Source: Deltaproteobacteria bacterium (GTDB lineage: Bacteria > Myxococcota_A > UBA796 > SXON01). From it: DNA of 64,000 nucleotides. Each line of letters starts with the position of its first letter. Position 1 is the stretch's first letter. This document shows, piece by piece, positions 1-9,367 of the stretch. A program made the translations under genes and the position numbers. The notes under the pieces were generated by a model. The model ran no database searches, had not been told where the DNA came from, and was given only the letters and a program-made list of their open reading frames with translations. The stretch is from the NCBI GenBank assembly GCA_947445035.1, contig CANFCK010000014.1, forward strand, positions 55,178-119,177, in the 5' to 3' direction.

Positions 1-94
1 CTTTCTGTTCGGTGGCGCGGGGGGCGCGGCGCTTCGGCTCGCGAGCGCGGGCGACGCTGCGCTCGCGGCCCCTCTCGTCGCCGCGCTAGCGGTT

Positions 95-2050
95 TTGCCA
101 GCCGTGCGCGCCCTCCCAGTGACCTGGCAGGCGGCGGGCGCTCGGTCGCTGGCGGCGCTTCCGGCGGACAGTTTCCTGCGCGACCGCGTAAGCACGCTGC
201 GCGGCGACACGGAGGTCCAGACCTTCTGGGGCGCCTGGGGGGCGAGTCAGGTGTGGGGTGGGGAGCGCGTCACGCTGGTCGAGTTGGATGGAACAACCGC
301 GGGAAGCTCGGGGAGGGCGCGCGCGGTTGAACGGCTGGCGGGCACGCTCGCAGGGTGCGCCTCGGCGGGGCGTGGCCGCGTGCGGGTGCTGGGAGACGAC
401 TATGGGCGTGCCGTGGTCTCGTTGCGGGAGCAACGATTCACGGGGATCGACGTGGCCCTTCCGGACTCTGAGCTGGTGGCGCGACTCGCGGCGGCTGACC
501 CGGGGGCGCACCGGGCGTGGCTGTCTTCTGAGACGCGGCTGCTGGCGGTGCCGGGCGCGACGCTTTTGCGCTCGCGGGGGGGCGTGGACGCGGTGGTGGA
601 GATTGTAAGAGTGGGTTGGGAGGATGGCCGGACTCGCTGGCCCACTCCGGCGCGCCTGGCAGGAACCGCCGCGCATGTGTCGCCGGCTGGCGCGCACGTC
701 CTGGTGCTGCCTGGACTCGGTGTGGAGCCCGGGGTGCTGGAAGGAGCGGTGCGGGCCTTTGGCTCGGTCTGGCCGGTCGTGCAGGTTTGGGTGCCTCCTG
801 AGGGTGCGGAGGCGCTGCTGCTTGTTGGCACGCAGGAGGCGGTTCGTTGGGGCCAGGTGGAGGGGTGCGTGCGCGTCGCGTCGGGTGCGCGGGAGCTTGG
901 CCTCACCACGGCGCTGGAGTTGGCGAGCCTCGTGGTGGCGGACCAGCACTTCGCTGCGAGCTTGGATTCATCGGCCTCGCCGGGCCGAGGGCTCCCCGAA
1001 GCACGGGATCCGCTGCCGGTGGCGGGTCTGCTGGCCGTCGCGTCGGAAGCGGACCACGTCTTCGTCGACGCCCCGCTGGGGTTGGCGGCCCGGCAGGCGA
1101 CGCGGCGGGCATCCCTGGCGGTGCTACGGGCCAGCGCCATAGGCGACGTCCGGACCGCGTTGGAGAGCGCGCGAGGCATGCAGGACCAGCCAGGCGCCGG
1201 GGCGGCCATCGACCCGATGATTGCGCCGATATTGGATCGCGCGCGAGGCAGTTGGCGGCTGGCTCGTAGAGAGGGAGAGAACTCCCGGGAGTGGGCCACG
1301 GCGGAAGCGGCGATCGACGCAGCGCTTTTGCTGAACCCGGCCTCGGCCACCGCGCGGTGCCTGCGGGCCGACATCGCGCTGTCCCGCCGACAGTTCGATG
1401 TGGCGCTCCGCTGGTACGGTGAGTGCTCCGAGCGTGACCCCGAAAGCTGGCTCGCCTTTCAGGGGCTCGCGGCCTCACGGCAGGAGACCCGGGACTTCGT
1501 GGGTGCGGCGTCGGCTTTCCGCGAATCGGCGAGGCTGGCGCCGCACATCTGGCAGACGTCATTGAACCTGGGGGTTTTTCTTCGTGCCCGGGGAGACTTT
1601 ACCGAGGCGGAGAGCTGGTTGCGGCGCGCCGCTGACTCGTCCGCCTCTGACACCACCGTTGGTCGTTCACGGCCGCACCGCGCGCTCGCGATGCTCTATC
1701 TGGAGTCTGGTCGCGGAGAGTTGGCGTTGGTCGAGGCCCGCCGTGCTGAGGTGGACGAGCCCACGGGGGATTCCGCGTGGCTGGTGGGCGCCGCAGCGTA
1801 CGAGCTCGGTCGTTGGGAAGAGGCGGAAGCTTCGTTCCGACTGGCGCTGCAGCGCAATCCGAAGCTCGTCGAGGCGCGAACGGGCCTCGGTTTGTCCCTC
1901 GCCCAGCGCAACGACTACCAGGGCGCCGCCAAGTCGTTCCGCGAGGCGCTTGCGCTCGATCCGACTCACCAGGTAGCCCGGGAAAAGTTGGAGTTGTTAC
2001 GGCCGCTTTTGACGCCAGAGGCAGCCGATGCCACGCCTCCGCTGCCCTGA
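95..2050 (+). CDS. TPR-repeat protein. The C-terminal ~230 aa are clear TPR units; the Ala/Arg/Gly-rich N-terminus has no assignable domain. The start may lie at or upstream of the window edge.
   Basis: The TTG at 95 gives MPAVRALPVTW and there is no in-frame stop upstream within the window. The C-terminus carries TPR-like helical repeats (ALRWYGECSERDPESW..., AYELGRWEEAEASFRLALQRNPKLVEARTGLGLSLAQRNDYQGAAKSFREALALDP). Confidence 0.5.
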   Translation: MPAVRALPVTWQAAGARSLAALPADSFLRDRVSTLRGDTEVQTFWGAWGASQVWGGERVTLVELDGTTAGSSGRARAVERLAGTLAGCASAGRGRVRVLGDDYGRAVVSLREQRFTGIDVALPDSELVARLAAADPGAHRAWLSSETRLLAVPGATLLRSRGGVDAVVEIVRVGWEDGRTRWPTPARLAGTAAHVSPAGAHVLVLPGLGVEPGVLEGAVRAFGSVWPVVQVWVPPEGAEALLLVGTQEAVRWGQVEGCVRVASGARELGLTTALELASLVVADQHFAASLDSSASPGRGLPEARDPLPVAGLLAVASEADHVFVDAPLGLAARQATRRASLAVLRASAIGDVRTALESARGMQDQPGAGAAIDPMIAPILDRARGSWRLARREGENSREWATAEAAIDAALLLNPASATARCLRADIALSRRQFDVALRWYGECSERDPESWLAFQGLAASRQETRDFVGAASAFRESARLAPHIWQTSLNLGVFLRARGDFTEAESWLRRAADSSASDTTVGRSRPHRALAMLYLESGRGELALVEARRAEVDEPTGDSAWLVGAAAYELGRWEEAEASFRLALQRNPKLVEARTGLGLSLAQRNDYQGAAKSFREALALDPTHQVAREKLELLRPLLTPEAADATPPLP

Positions 2051-2181
2051 ATCTGTTGCGGCGACGTTCGGTGACGCCGGCGTGTGCCGCGGTGCTTAGC
2101 TTCCGGTGCCCGTGCTGAGTTCAGCGGCGCGGGGGCGTCTGGGGCGTTAACCGCGCCCGCTTCCTTAAATACCGGGTCTCC

Positions 2182-5100
2182 ATGATCACCGACCTCATCC
2201 GCCGCGTCATCGGCAGTCCCGCCGACCGCCTCATCAAGAAGATGCAGCCGACGGTGGTGCGCATCAACGAGCTCGAATCGCGGTACACGGCGATGTCCGA
2301 CGCAGATCTGCGTGGTTGTACTTCTGGATTTCGACAGCGGATCGACAACGGGGTCGCCGTCGACGAGCTCCTGCCCGAGGCTTTCGCGGTGGTTCGAGAA
2401 GCCGGCCGGCGTACAATGGAAATGCGTCACTTCGACGTGCAGATGATCGGCGGAATCGTGCTCCATCGCGGCATGGTGGCCGAGATGCGCACGGGCGAGG
2501 GCAAGACCCTGGTTGCGACGCTCCCGGTGTACCTCAACGCGCTCGTCGGGAAGGGGGCGCACGTCGTCACCGTGAACGACTACCTCGCCAATCGTGACGC
2601 GGAATGGATGGGGCGCATCTACAGCGCCCTGGGCATGTCGGTGGGCACGATCCTCAGCGCCGTTCGAGACGACGCCTCCAAGCGTACGGCCTACGCTTGC
2701 GACATCACCTATGGGACCAACAACGAGTTCGGATTCGACTACCTCCGCGACAACATGAAGTTCTCGCTCGACCAGTATGTGCAGCGGGCGCATCACTTCG
2801 GCATCGTGGACGAGGTCGACTCCATCTTGATCGATGAGGCGCGGACGCCGCTCATCATCTCGGGCCCCACGGACGACACGGTTGACAAGTACGAGGTGAT
2901 CGACGGGGTGATCAGCGTACTTCAGAAGGAACTCGACTTTACGGTCGACGAAAAGCAGCGGCAGGTGGGGTTGACCGACGAGGGTGTCGACAAGCTTGAA
3001 GCTCGGCTGAAGATCGCCAACCTGTACGACCCTGCGAACATGGAAGTCCTTCACCATGTCAACCAGGCGCTCAAGGCCCACTACCTCTTCAAGCGCGACA
3101 AGGACTACGTCGTCCAGCCCGATCCGCGCTCCGGGAACAAGCTCAAGGTCATCATCGTCGACGAGCACACCGGCCGGCTGATGTACGGCCGGCGCTGGTC
3201 CGATGGCCTGCACCAATCGGTCGAAGCGAAGGAACGGGTGGAGGTCGAGGCGGAGAGCCAGACGTACGCGACGATCACGTTCCAGAACTATTTCCGCATG
3301 TACACGAAGCTCGCGGGGATGACGGGCACCGCCGCCACCGAGGCGGAGGAATTCGCCAAGATATACAAGCTTGAGGTGGTTCCGGTTCCGACCAATCGCA
3401 AGGTTGAACGAACCGATCACCACGACATCGTCTACAAGTCGCAGGACGAGAAGTTCAAGAAGGTGCTCGCGGAGCTTGAGGAGTGCTACGAACGGGGGCA
3501 GCCGGTGCTCGTGGGCACGACCAGCGTCGAGAAGTCGGAGCTGGTTCATCGCCTCCTCGAACGCAAGGGCATCCCGCACGAGGTGCTCAACGCCAAGCAG
3601 CACGATCGGGAGGCGCTGATCGTCGCCCAGGCGGGTCGCCGAAAGGCCGTCACGATCAGCACCAACATGGCGGGCCGCGGCACGGACATCAAGCTCGGCG
3701 GTGACCCCGAGGGGCTTACCCGTATCGAGCTGAAGAACCGCCGCGAGGCCGGCGAGGAGGTCGATGGGCTGTGGCCTATCGAGCAGGAAGCGGCGGCGCG
3801 GCTGAAGGGGGCGCCCCCTCCGGGGCCGGATATCACCCACCCCGTGTACCGCGAGACTCTGGCCAAACACCGCGCCGAGTGCGAGGAAGAACGCCAGAAG
3901 GTGCTTGAGGTGGGCGGGCTGCACATCCTCGGCACCGAACGCCACGAGTCGCGTCGGATCGACAACCAGCTCCGGGGTCGCTCCGGGCGCCAAGGCGATC
4001 CTGGTAGTTCCAGGTTCTACCTTTGCCTTCAGGATGACCTGCTTCGCCTTTTCGGTTCCGATCGCACGGCGGTGTGGATGGAGCGGATGGGAATGAAACA
4101 GGACGAGGCCATCGAGCATCGCTGGGTGACCTCGGCAATTGAGAACGCGCAAAAGAAGGTTGAAGGCAACTACTTCAACATGCGCAAAAACCTCCTCGAA
4201 TACGACGACGTCATGAACATGCAGCGCAAGGCGGTGTACGAGCTCCGCCGTCGCGCGCTGAGCGGGGACAACATGCGCGGCATGATGCTGCAGAGCGTGG
4301 CTGACCTCGTGGACGACCTGATGGGCGAGTGCATCCCGCCGGGTACCCGACATGATCAGTGGGACACCGCCAAGCTCATGGCGCGGTCGCGCGAGATCTT
4401 CGGTGTTCAATGGGAGGACTCCGCCGAGTCCCTGCGGGAGGAGGCCCGCACCATCCTTGCGGAGCGGCTCCTGAAGGACGCTATGGCCCGATACCTGGCC
4501 AAAGAAGCCGAGATTGGCGCCGAGACCCTGCACCTTGCTGAACGACAGATCCTGCTTCAGTTGACCGACCAGTTCTGGAAAGACCACCTCGCCGCGATGG
4601 ATCGGCTTCGGGATGGCGTGTCGTTGCGGGGCTACGGCCAGAAGAACCCTCTCTTGGAGTACAAGAAGGAGGGCTTTCAGATGTTCCAGCTGATGGGCTC
4701 GTTGCGCGACGAGGCGGTCGTCAGCCGGGTCTTGAAGGCGGACTCCTCACTGGCCGAACGCTTCGCCCAGGCCGCACGGCCGCGGACCATCACCGCGGCC
4801 GATATCGAACGCCAGCTAGCCATCCAGCGCGCGCGTGCGCAGGCCGAGGCCGCCGAGGTTGAGGAGCCGCTGGTGGTGATGCCGCCGCAGCGCCCCCCGC
4901 CCCGCCTGCCCGAAAAGGGTGCCGAAGCACGGCTGGTTGCGTTCCAGCAAGGCTTGCGGCGGAACGATCCCTGTCCATGCGGAACCGGCCTCAAGTTCAA
5001 GCGTTGCTGCTACGACGAGGAGGAGGATCGCGCGCGGGCGAGCGCGATGGCGGAGCTTGCGGCGGCCGCTGCTGCCGTCGCGGTGGTCAGCGCAGGGGAC

Positions 5101-5316
5101 GGGGAAACCTTCCCCCAGTCTGTCACGGAAAGCGGGGAGGACGCGGTTCCCGAGGACCGGCTCGCCTTCGCCGAGGACGGCCCCACCCAGGAGGAACGTG
5201 GTGACGTCGAGGCGGGCGGCTGGATGCCGGCCGACGTGGATGTGCTCGGCGGGGGGGACGCCAGCGAGGTCGCAGAGGCGGATGACGCGGTCGCCGACGA
5301 CGGCGACCGTTCGTAG
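2182..5316 (+). CDS. secA: Preprotein translocase ATPase SecA, with the C-terminal zinc finger (CPCGTGLKFKRCC) followed by a ~110-aa acidic extension.
   Basis: 1044 aa. The N-terminus is MITDLIRRVIGSPADRLIKKMQ...GEGKTLVATLPVYLNALVGKGAHVVTVNDYLANRDAEWMG, with DEAD-like motor motifs (DEVDSILIDEARTPLIISG) and a CPCG zinc-finger motif near 4960-5010. Confidence 0.95.
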   Translation: MITDLIRRVIGSPADRLIKKMQPTVVRINELESRYTAMSDADLRGCTSGFRQRIDNGVAVDELLPEAFAVVREAGRRTMEMRHFDVQMIGGIVLHRGMVAEMRTGEGKTLVATLPVYLNALVGKGAHVVTVNDYLANRDAEWMGRIYSALGMSVGTILSAVRDDASKRTAYACDITYGTNNEFGFDYLRDNMKFSLDQYVQRAHHFGIVDEVDSILIDEARTPLIISGPTDDTVDKYEVIDGVISVLQKELDFTVDEKQRQVGLTDEGVDKLEARLKIANLYDPANMEVLHHVNQALKAHYLFKRDKDYVVQPDPRSGNKLKVIIVDEHTGRLMYGRRWSDGLHQSVEAKERVEVEAESQTYATITFQNYFRMYTKLAGMTGTAATEAEEFAKIYKLEVVPVPTNRKVERTDHHDIVYKSQDEKFKKVLAELEECYERGQPVLVGTTSVEKSELVHRLLERKGIPHEVLNAKQHDREALIVAQAGRRKAVTISTNMAGRGTDIKLGGDPEGLTRIELKNRREAGEEVDGLWPIEQEAAARLKGAPPPGPDITHPVYRETLAKHRAECEEERQKVLEVGGLHILGTERHESRRIDNQLRGRSGRQGDPGSSRFYLCLQDDLLRLFGSDRTAVWMERMGMKQDEAIEHRWVTSAIENAQKKVEGNYFNMRKNLLEYDDVMNMQRKAVYELRRRALSGDNMRGMMLQSVADLVDDLMGECIPPGTRHDQWDTAKLMARSREIFGVQWEDSAESLREEARTILAERLLKDAMARYLAKEAEIGAETLHLAERQILLQLTDQFWKDHLAAMDRLRDGVSLRGYGQKNPLLEYKKEGFQMFQLMGSLRDEAVVSRVLKADSSLAERFAQAARPRTITAADIERQLAIQRARAQAEAAEVEEPLVVMPPQRPPPRLPEKGAEARLVAFQQGLRRNDPCPCGTGLKFKRCCYDEEEDRARASAMAELAAAAAAVAVVSAGDGETFPQSVTESGEDAVPEDRLAFAEDGPTQEERGDVEAGGWMPADVDVLGGGDASEVAEADDAVADDGDRS

Positions 5317-5368
5317 GCCGCACGTCGGACGGTGGTGAGAGCCAAAAAGTGGCGCAGCCTGAGAACAC

Positions 5369-5749
5369 GTGTTCAGTTGCGGGATGCCTCCAGGCCGCCT
5401 CGCCCATGTCCGCATCTCTGCCCGGGACCCCGGCCGCGCCGCGCGTTTCTACGCCGCGTGTTTTGGCTGGCAGGTGCTCCGAACCGAGGGCGACGCCGTG
5501 CGTTTCAGCGCGCCCGGCGGGCTGGAAGGCAGCTTCTGGGGCGGCGGTGAGCCGTCGAGCGCTGGGCCGGAGCTTTATGTCGAGGTGCAGGGGATCGACC
5601 TCGTGGTCCGGCGCGCGATCGAGTTGGGCGGGATGCGGATCGCGCGCGTGGGTCCAGGGCCGGGCGGGGTCCTCGTCGCCCAGTTGTTGGACACCGAGGG
5701 CAACCGCGTAGGCGTGTGGGAGGTGGCTCCGCTCTCCGAAATCCCCTGA
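5369..5749 (+). CDS. VOC/glyoxalase-family protein
   Basis: 126 aa. 'HVRISARDPGRAARFYAACFGWQV...GVLVAQLLDTEGNRVGVWE' matches the glyoxalase/bleomycin-resistance fold pattern. Confidence 0.55.
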   Translation: MFSCGMPPGRLAHVRISARDPGRAARFYAACFGWQVLRTEGDAVRFSAPGGLEGSFWGGGEPSSAGPELYVEVQGIDLVVRRAIELGGMRIARVGPGPGGVLVAQLLDTEGNRVGVWEVAPLSEIP

Positions 5750-5802
5750 CGCGCTGGGTCTATGTGCTTACGATCGTGGCTCACCCCGACCCGAGGACCG
5801 CC

Positions 5803-6942
5803 ATGTCACTGTGGAATGCCCTGAAGGGCCAGGCCGCCGCTCAGTTTCTTGATGTCTTGGAATGGACGGATGACACGCCGAACACGTTGGTGTACCGCTT
5901 CCCGGTATTCCAAAAGGCCATTCAGGACGGTGGAAAGCTCGTGGTCCGCGAGGGACAGATGGCCGTGTTCGTCGCCGAGGGCAAGCTCAGCGACGTCTTC
6001 TCGCCGGGCACCTACGAGCTCAGCACACGCACCAAGCCGGTCATGGCCTTCTTCGAGAGCATCAAGTACGCGCTGAACATGCCCTACAAGGGCGATGTGT
6101 ACTTCGTCTCCACCCGGCAGTTCACCGACCAGAAGTGGGGCACGCCCAACCCGATTCCGGTGCGGGATGCGGACCTGGGTGTGGTGCGTCTGCGCGCGTT
6201 CGGCAGCTTTGCCTTCCGTGTGTCCGACCCTGCCTGTTTCATCAAGGAGATCGTCGGCACGGCCGGCATCTTCACCACCGACGAAATCACTGGGCACGTC
6301 AAGCGCAAGGTTGTCGCGGCGCTGGCCGACACCATCGGCGAGGCCAAGATTCCGCTTCTCGATCTGGTCGCCCACTACATGGATTTCGGTGACGCGCTCA
6401 AGGATCGTCTCAACACCTGGTTCCAGGGCAACTGGGGGCTGACGCTGACCGACTTCGTCGTGGAGAACATTTCCGTGCCGCCCGAAGTTGAAAAGATGAT
6501 GGACAAGCGCAGTTCGATGGCGCTGGCGGGCGACATGAACGCCTACACCCAGTTCCAGGCGGCCAACGCGATGGAGGAAGCGGCCAAGCGTCCGGGGGGC
6601 GGGGGCGCCTTCATGGAGGCTGGCCTTGGTGTGGCGATGGGCGCGAACATGGCGGGAGCTTTGGGTCGCGCCCAGGCCGGTGGTGGTGCCTTCAACCCGC
6701 AGTCCGGATTGTCGGCCGGTCCCCCTCCGCTGCCCCCGCCCCTCCCGGGCGAGGCGCTCCTCCACTACGCTGGTCCTGACGGGGTGAAAGTGCAGTTGAG
6801 CGCAGGTGACATTGCGACGAGGATTCGCGGAGCCGCCGGGCGTCACCTCGCCTGGAAAGACGGAATGCCCAACTGGGTCGACGCGGCCTCGATCCCCGAG
6901 ATTGCCGCGGCGCTGACCTCGACGCCGCCTCCGCTCCCGTAG
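5803..6942 (+). CDS. SPFH-domain protein of the Band_7_1 (YdjI-like, 'virion core protein-like') family
   Basis: A start at ATG 5803 gives MSLWNALKGQAAAQFLDVLEWTDDTPNTLVYRFP..., the hallmark N-terminus of this family. The ORF track starts 87 nt further upstream, out of the conserved region. The C-terminus is Gly/Pro-rich with a DGVKVQL...WKDG tail. Confidence 0.75.
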   Translation: MSLWNALKGQAAAQFLDVLEWTDDTPNTLVYRFPVFQKAIQDGGKLVVREGQMAVFVAEGKLSDVFSPGTYELSTRTKPVMAFFESIKYALNMPYKGDVYFVSTRQFTDQKWGTPNPIPVRDADLGVVRLRAFGSFAFRVSDPACFIKEIVGTAGIFTTDEITGHVKRKVVAALADTIGEAKIPLLDLVAHYMDFGDALKDRLNTWFQGNWGLTLTDFVVENISVPPEVEKMMDKRSSMALAGDMNAYTQFQAANAMEEAAKRPGGGGAFMEAGLGVAMGANMAGALGRAQAGGGAFNPQSGLSAGPPPLPPPLPGEALLHYAGPDGVKVQLSAGDIATRIRGAAGRHLAWKDGMPNWVDAASIPEIAAALTSTPPPLP

Positions 6943-6960
6943 GTCGAGACTGCCCGCCCT

Positions 6961-7131
6961 CAGTGCCCGGCGCTGGCCCCGGCGGTCAGCTGCGCTACGT
7001 TCAGCTCGGCCGCGGCCGCCTCATTCTCACCATCCAGTTTCAGGAGGATGACGGTGAGAATGGCCAAGCTGATGAAGCAGAAGGCGACGCGCTGCACGCT
7101 CGAGGCCGGAGAGTCTGTTTTCATATTTTAA
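6961..7131 (-). CDS. Small single-TM hypothetical protein (56 aa), below the ORF-track size cutoff
   Basis: A manual translation of the minus strand gives MKTDSPASSVQRVAFCFISLAILTVILLKLDGENEAAAAELNVAQLTAGASAGH*. The ATG sits just downstream (on the minus strand) of an AT-rich island at 7123-7140. Confidence 0.3.
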
Positions 7132-7563
7132 GATTTATTGCACCCGGTCCCTTTGGCTCGGGTGAAACCGATGCTTGGCAATTTGCAAGACGGAATGGCG
7201 GCCGTCTGCGTTGGGTCGAGCGGGTCAGACGAGACCGAGCATCGTCACCACGATGCCCAAAATGGCGTTCAGCAAGTACACGCCGAACGCCCGCGCCGAG
7301 ATGAAAATACGCATGTTGGTGGCGCGATTGTGCTGCCCTGGACAAGACTCCCGCGGATGACCAGGTCGAAGATCAGCGGCAAGATCGGGGGAGGTCCAGA
7401 ACCGTCGGAAAGGGCCATCACCTCGAAGGCGACAAGGGGGCGTTCACCAGGAGGATCAGCCCCGCCACCCGGTAAGGATTCTTGAAAAAGGGCAGGTCGA
7501 CCGGGTCCTCAACGGGCGGACGCTCTGGGAAGCCCGTCGGAACCGGCGACCAACCCGGGCCGC

Positions 7564-9321
7564 TCACTCGGTGTTCCGCACGTGCAGCTCCACCAACTGC
7601 TTGGGATCGACGGGACTGGGGGCGCCCGACATCAGGTCTTGCGCGCTGGCGGTCTTGGGGAACGCGATGACCTCGCGAATGTTGTCGGTGCCGCACAGGA
7701 GCATGGCCATGCGGTCAAAGCCGAAGGCGAGGCCGCCGTGGGGGGGCGCGCCGTGGCGCAGCGCGTCGAGCAGGAAGCCGAACTTCTGCTCGGCGTCCTC
7801 GGGAGTCATGCCGAGCGCGGCAAAAACCTTGCTTTGTACTTCGGGATCGTGGATGCGGATGCTCCCGCCGCCAATCTCGTACCCGTTGCACACCAGATCG
7901 TAGGCGTCGGCGAACATCTCGCCTTCGCGGCCCGTGCCCATCAAGGCGATGTGCTCGGGACGGGGACTGGTGAAGGGGTGGTGGACGGCCATCCAGCGGC
8001 CGCTGTCCTCGTCCAGCTCGAAGCTCGGGAAATCGACCACCCACACGAACGAGAACCCCGGCGGGAGGAGGGCGAGCTCCTTCGCCACCGCGGCGCGCAA
8101 CTTCCCGAGGCCGGCGTTGACTGCTGCGTAGGTCCCCGCGCCGAGAAGCACGAGGTCGCCGTCCGCCGCGCCCGACGCCGCTACGATGCCGCTCTGTTCG
8201 GCCTCGGAGAGCTTTGCGAGCGGTCCGGTCCACGGCGCGCCGACCTTGCCGTAGAGCAAGCCGCCCAGCTTGTAGGTACGCACGAACAAGGTCCACGCGT
8301 CGAGCTGCTTGCGGCTGACGCTGGCCCCGCCGCCTTTGACCACGAAAACCTTCGCGATGCCGCCAGCATCGAGCGGCCCGCGCACCACGCCGAAGTCGGT
8401 GGTCCGCAGCAGTTCGGTGACGTCGGCGTGTTCCATGCCGAAGCGGGTGTCGGGGGAGTCAACGCCGAAACGTGCGATCGCCTCGGTGTAGGAGATCGCC
8501 GCGATCTCGCCGATGTCGTGGTCAAGCATCTCCTTCCACACCGTGCGTACCAGCTTGGTGGCGAGCTCCATGACCAGCGCGCGGGTGGCGAAGCTGACCT
8601 CGATGTCGATCTGGGTGAACTCGGGCTGGCGGTCGGCGCGCAAGTCCTCGTCGCGGAAACACTTCACGATCTGGAAGTACCGGTCCATCCCGGCGACCAT
8701 GAGGATCTGCTTGAAGATCTGTGGGCTCTGCGGGAGCGCGTACCACTGCCCGGCGTGCACCCGACTGGGCACGAGGTAGTCGCGCGCACCTTCGGGCGTG
8801 GCCTTGGTGAGGATGGGGGTCTCCACCTCTACGAAGCCCTCACTGTCGAGGTAACGGCGCACCGCGAGCGACGCCCTGTGACGCAGGATCAGGTTCTTTT
8901 GAAGGTCAGGCCGGCGCAGCTCCAGGTACCGGTACTGAAGGCGGAGGTCCTCGTTCGCCGAGATGTGCCCCTCGATCGAAAAGGGCAGGGGGGGCGTGCG
9001 CGAGAGGATGGTGACCGAGTCGGCGACGACCTCGACGAGTCCCGTGGCCAGCTTCGCATTGGGGCTGGCCCGCATCGCCACGGTGCCTTCGACCTCGACG
9101 ACGTACTCCAGGTGCACGCTTGCCGCTGCCTGGCGCACGTCGTCACGACAGCGTTCGTCGGCGACGACCTGGATGATCCCGTGCCGGTCGCGCAGGTTGA
9201 TGAACACGACGCCACCCATGTCGCGGGCGTTCTGCGCCCAACCCTGCAAGACGACGCGGCGGCCGACGTCATCAGGACGGAGCGCTCCGCAGGTGTGGGT
9301 GCGGCGGGCGTTGTCGAACAT
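7564..9321 (-). CDS. aspS: Aspartyl-tRNA synthetase
   Basis: 585 aa. The N-terminal OB-fold region (MFDNARRTHTCGALRPDDVGRRVVLQGWAQNARDMGGVVFINLRDRHGIIQVV) and the class II core motifs (FRDEDLRADRQPEFTQIDIE; GGGSIRIHD...FGFLLDAL) are present. Confidence 0.95.
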   Translation of the reverse strand: MFDNARRTHTCGALRPDDVGRRVVLQGWAQNARDMGGVVFINLRDRHGIIQVVADERCRDDVRQAAASVHLEYVVEVEGTVAMRASPNAKLATGLVEVVADSVTILSRTPPLPFSIEGHISANEDLRLQYRYLELRRPDLQKNLILRHRASLAVRRYLDSEGFVEVETPILTKATPEGARDYLVPSRVHAGQWYALPQSPQIFKQILMVAGMDRYFQIVKCFRDEDLRADRQPEFTQIDIEVSFATRALVMELATKLVRTVWKEMLDHDIGEIAAISYTEAIARFGVDSPDTRFGMEHADVTELLRTTDFGVVRGPLDAGGIAKVFVVKGGGASVSRKQLDAWTLFVRTYKLGGLLYGKVGAPWTGPLAKLSEAEQSGIVAASGAADGDLVLLGAGTYAAVNAGLGKLRAAVAKELALLPPGFSFVWVVDFPSFELDEDSGRWMAVHHPFTSPRPEHIALMGTGREGEMFADAYDLVCNGYEIGGGSIRIHDPEVQSKVFAALGMTPEDAEQKFGFLLDALRHGAPPHGGLAFGFDRMAMLLCGTDNIREVIAFPKTASAQDLMSGAPSPVDPKQLVELHVRNTE

Positions 9322-9367
9322 GGTGGGTCCAGGAAGGCGTGCGACCTAACCCGGCCTCCGGCCTCGT

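Noticed and set aside
86-1562. Several minus-strand ORFs (86-949, 400-1374, 903-1562), rich in R/P/A/S, across the TPR gene
   Set aside because: They are antisense or off-frame artefacts of the GC-rich plus-strand gene.
1966-4587. An 873-aa minus-strand ORF across secA
   Set aside because: It is antisense to an unmistakable SecA. Its composition (H/R/L/V-rich) is typical of a high-GC antisense frame.
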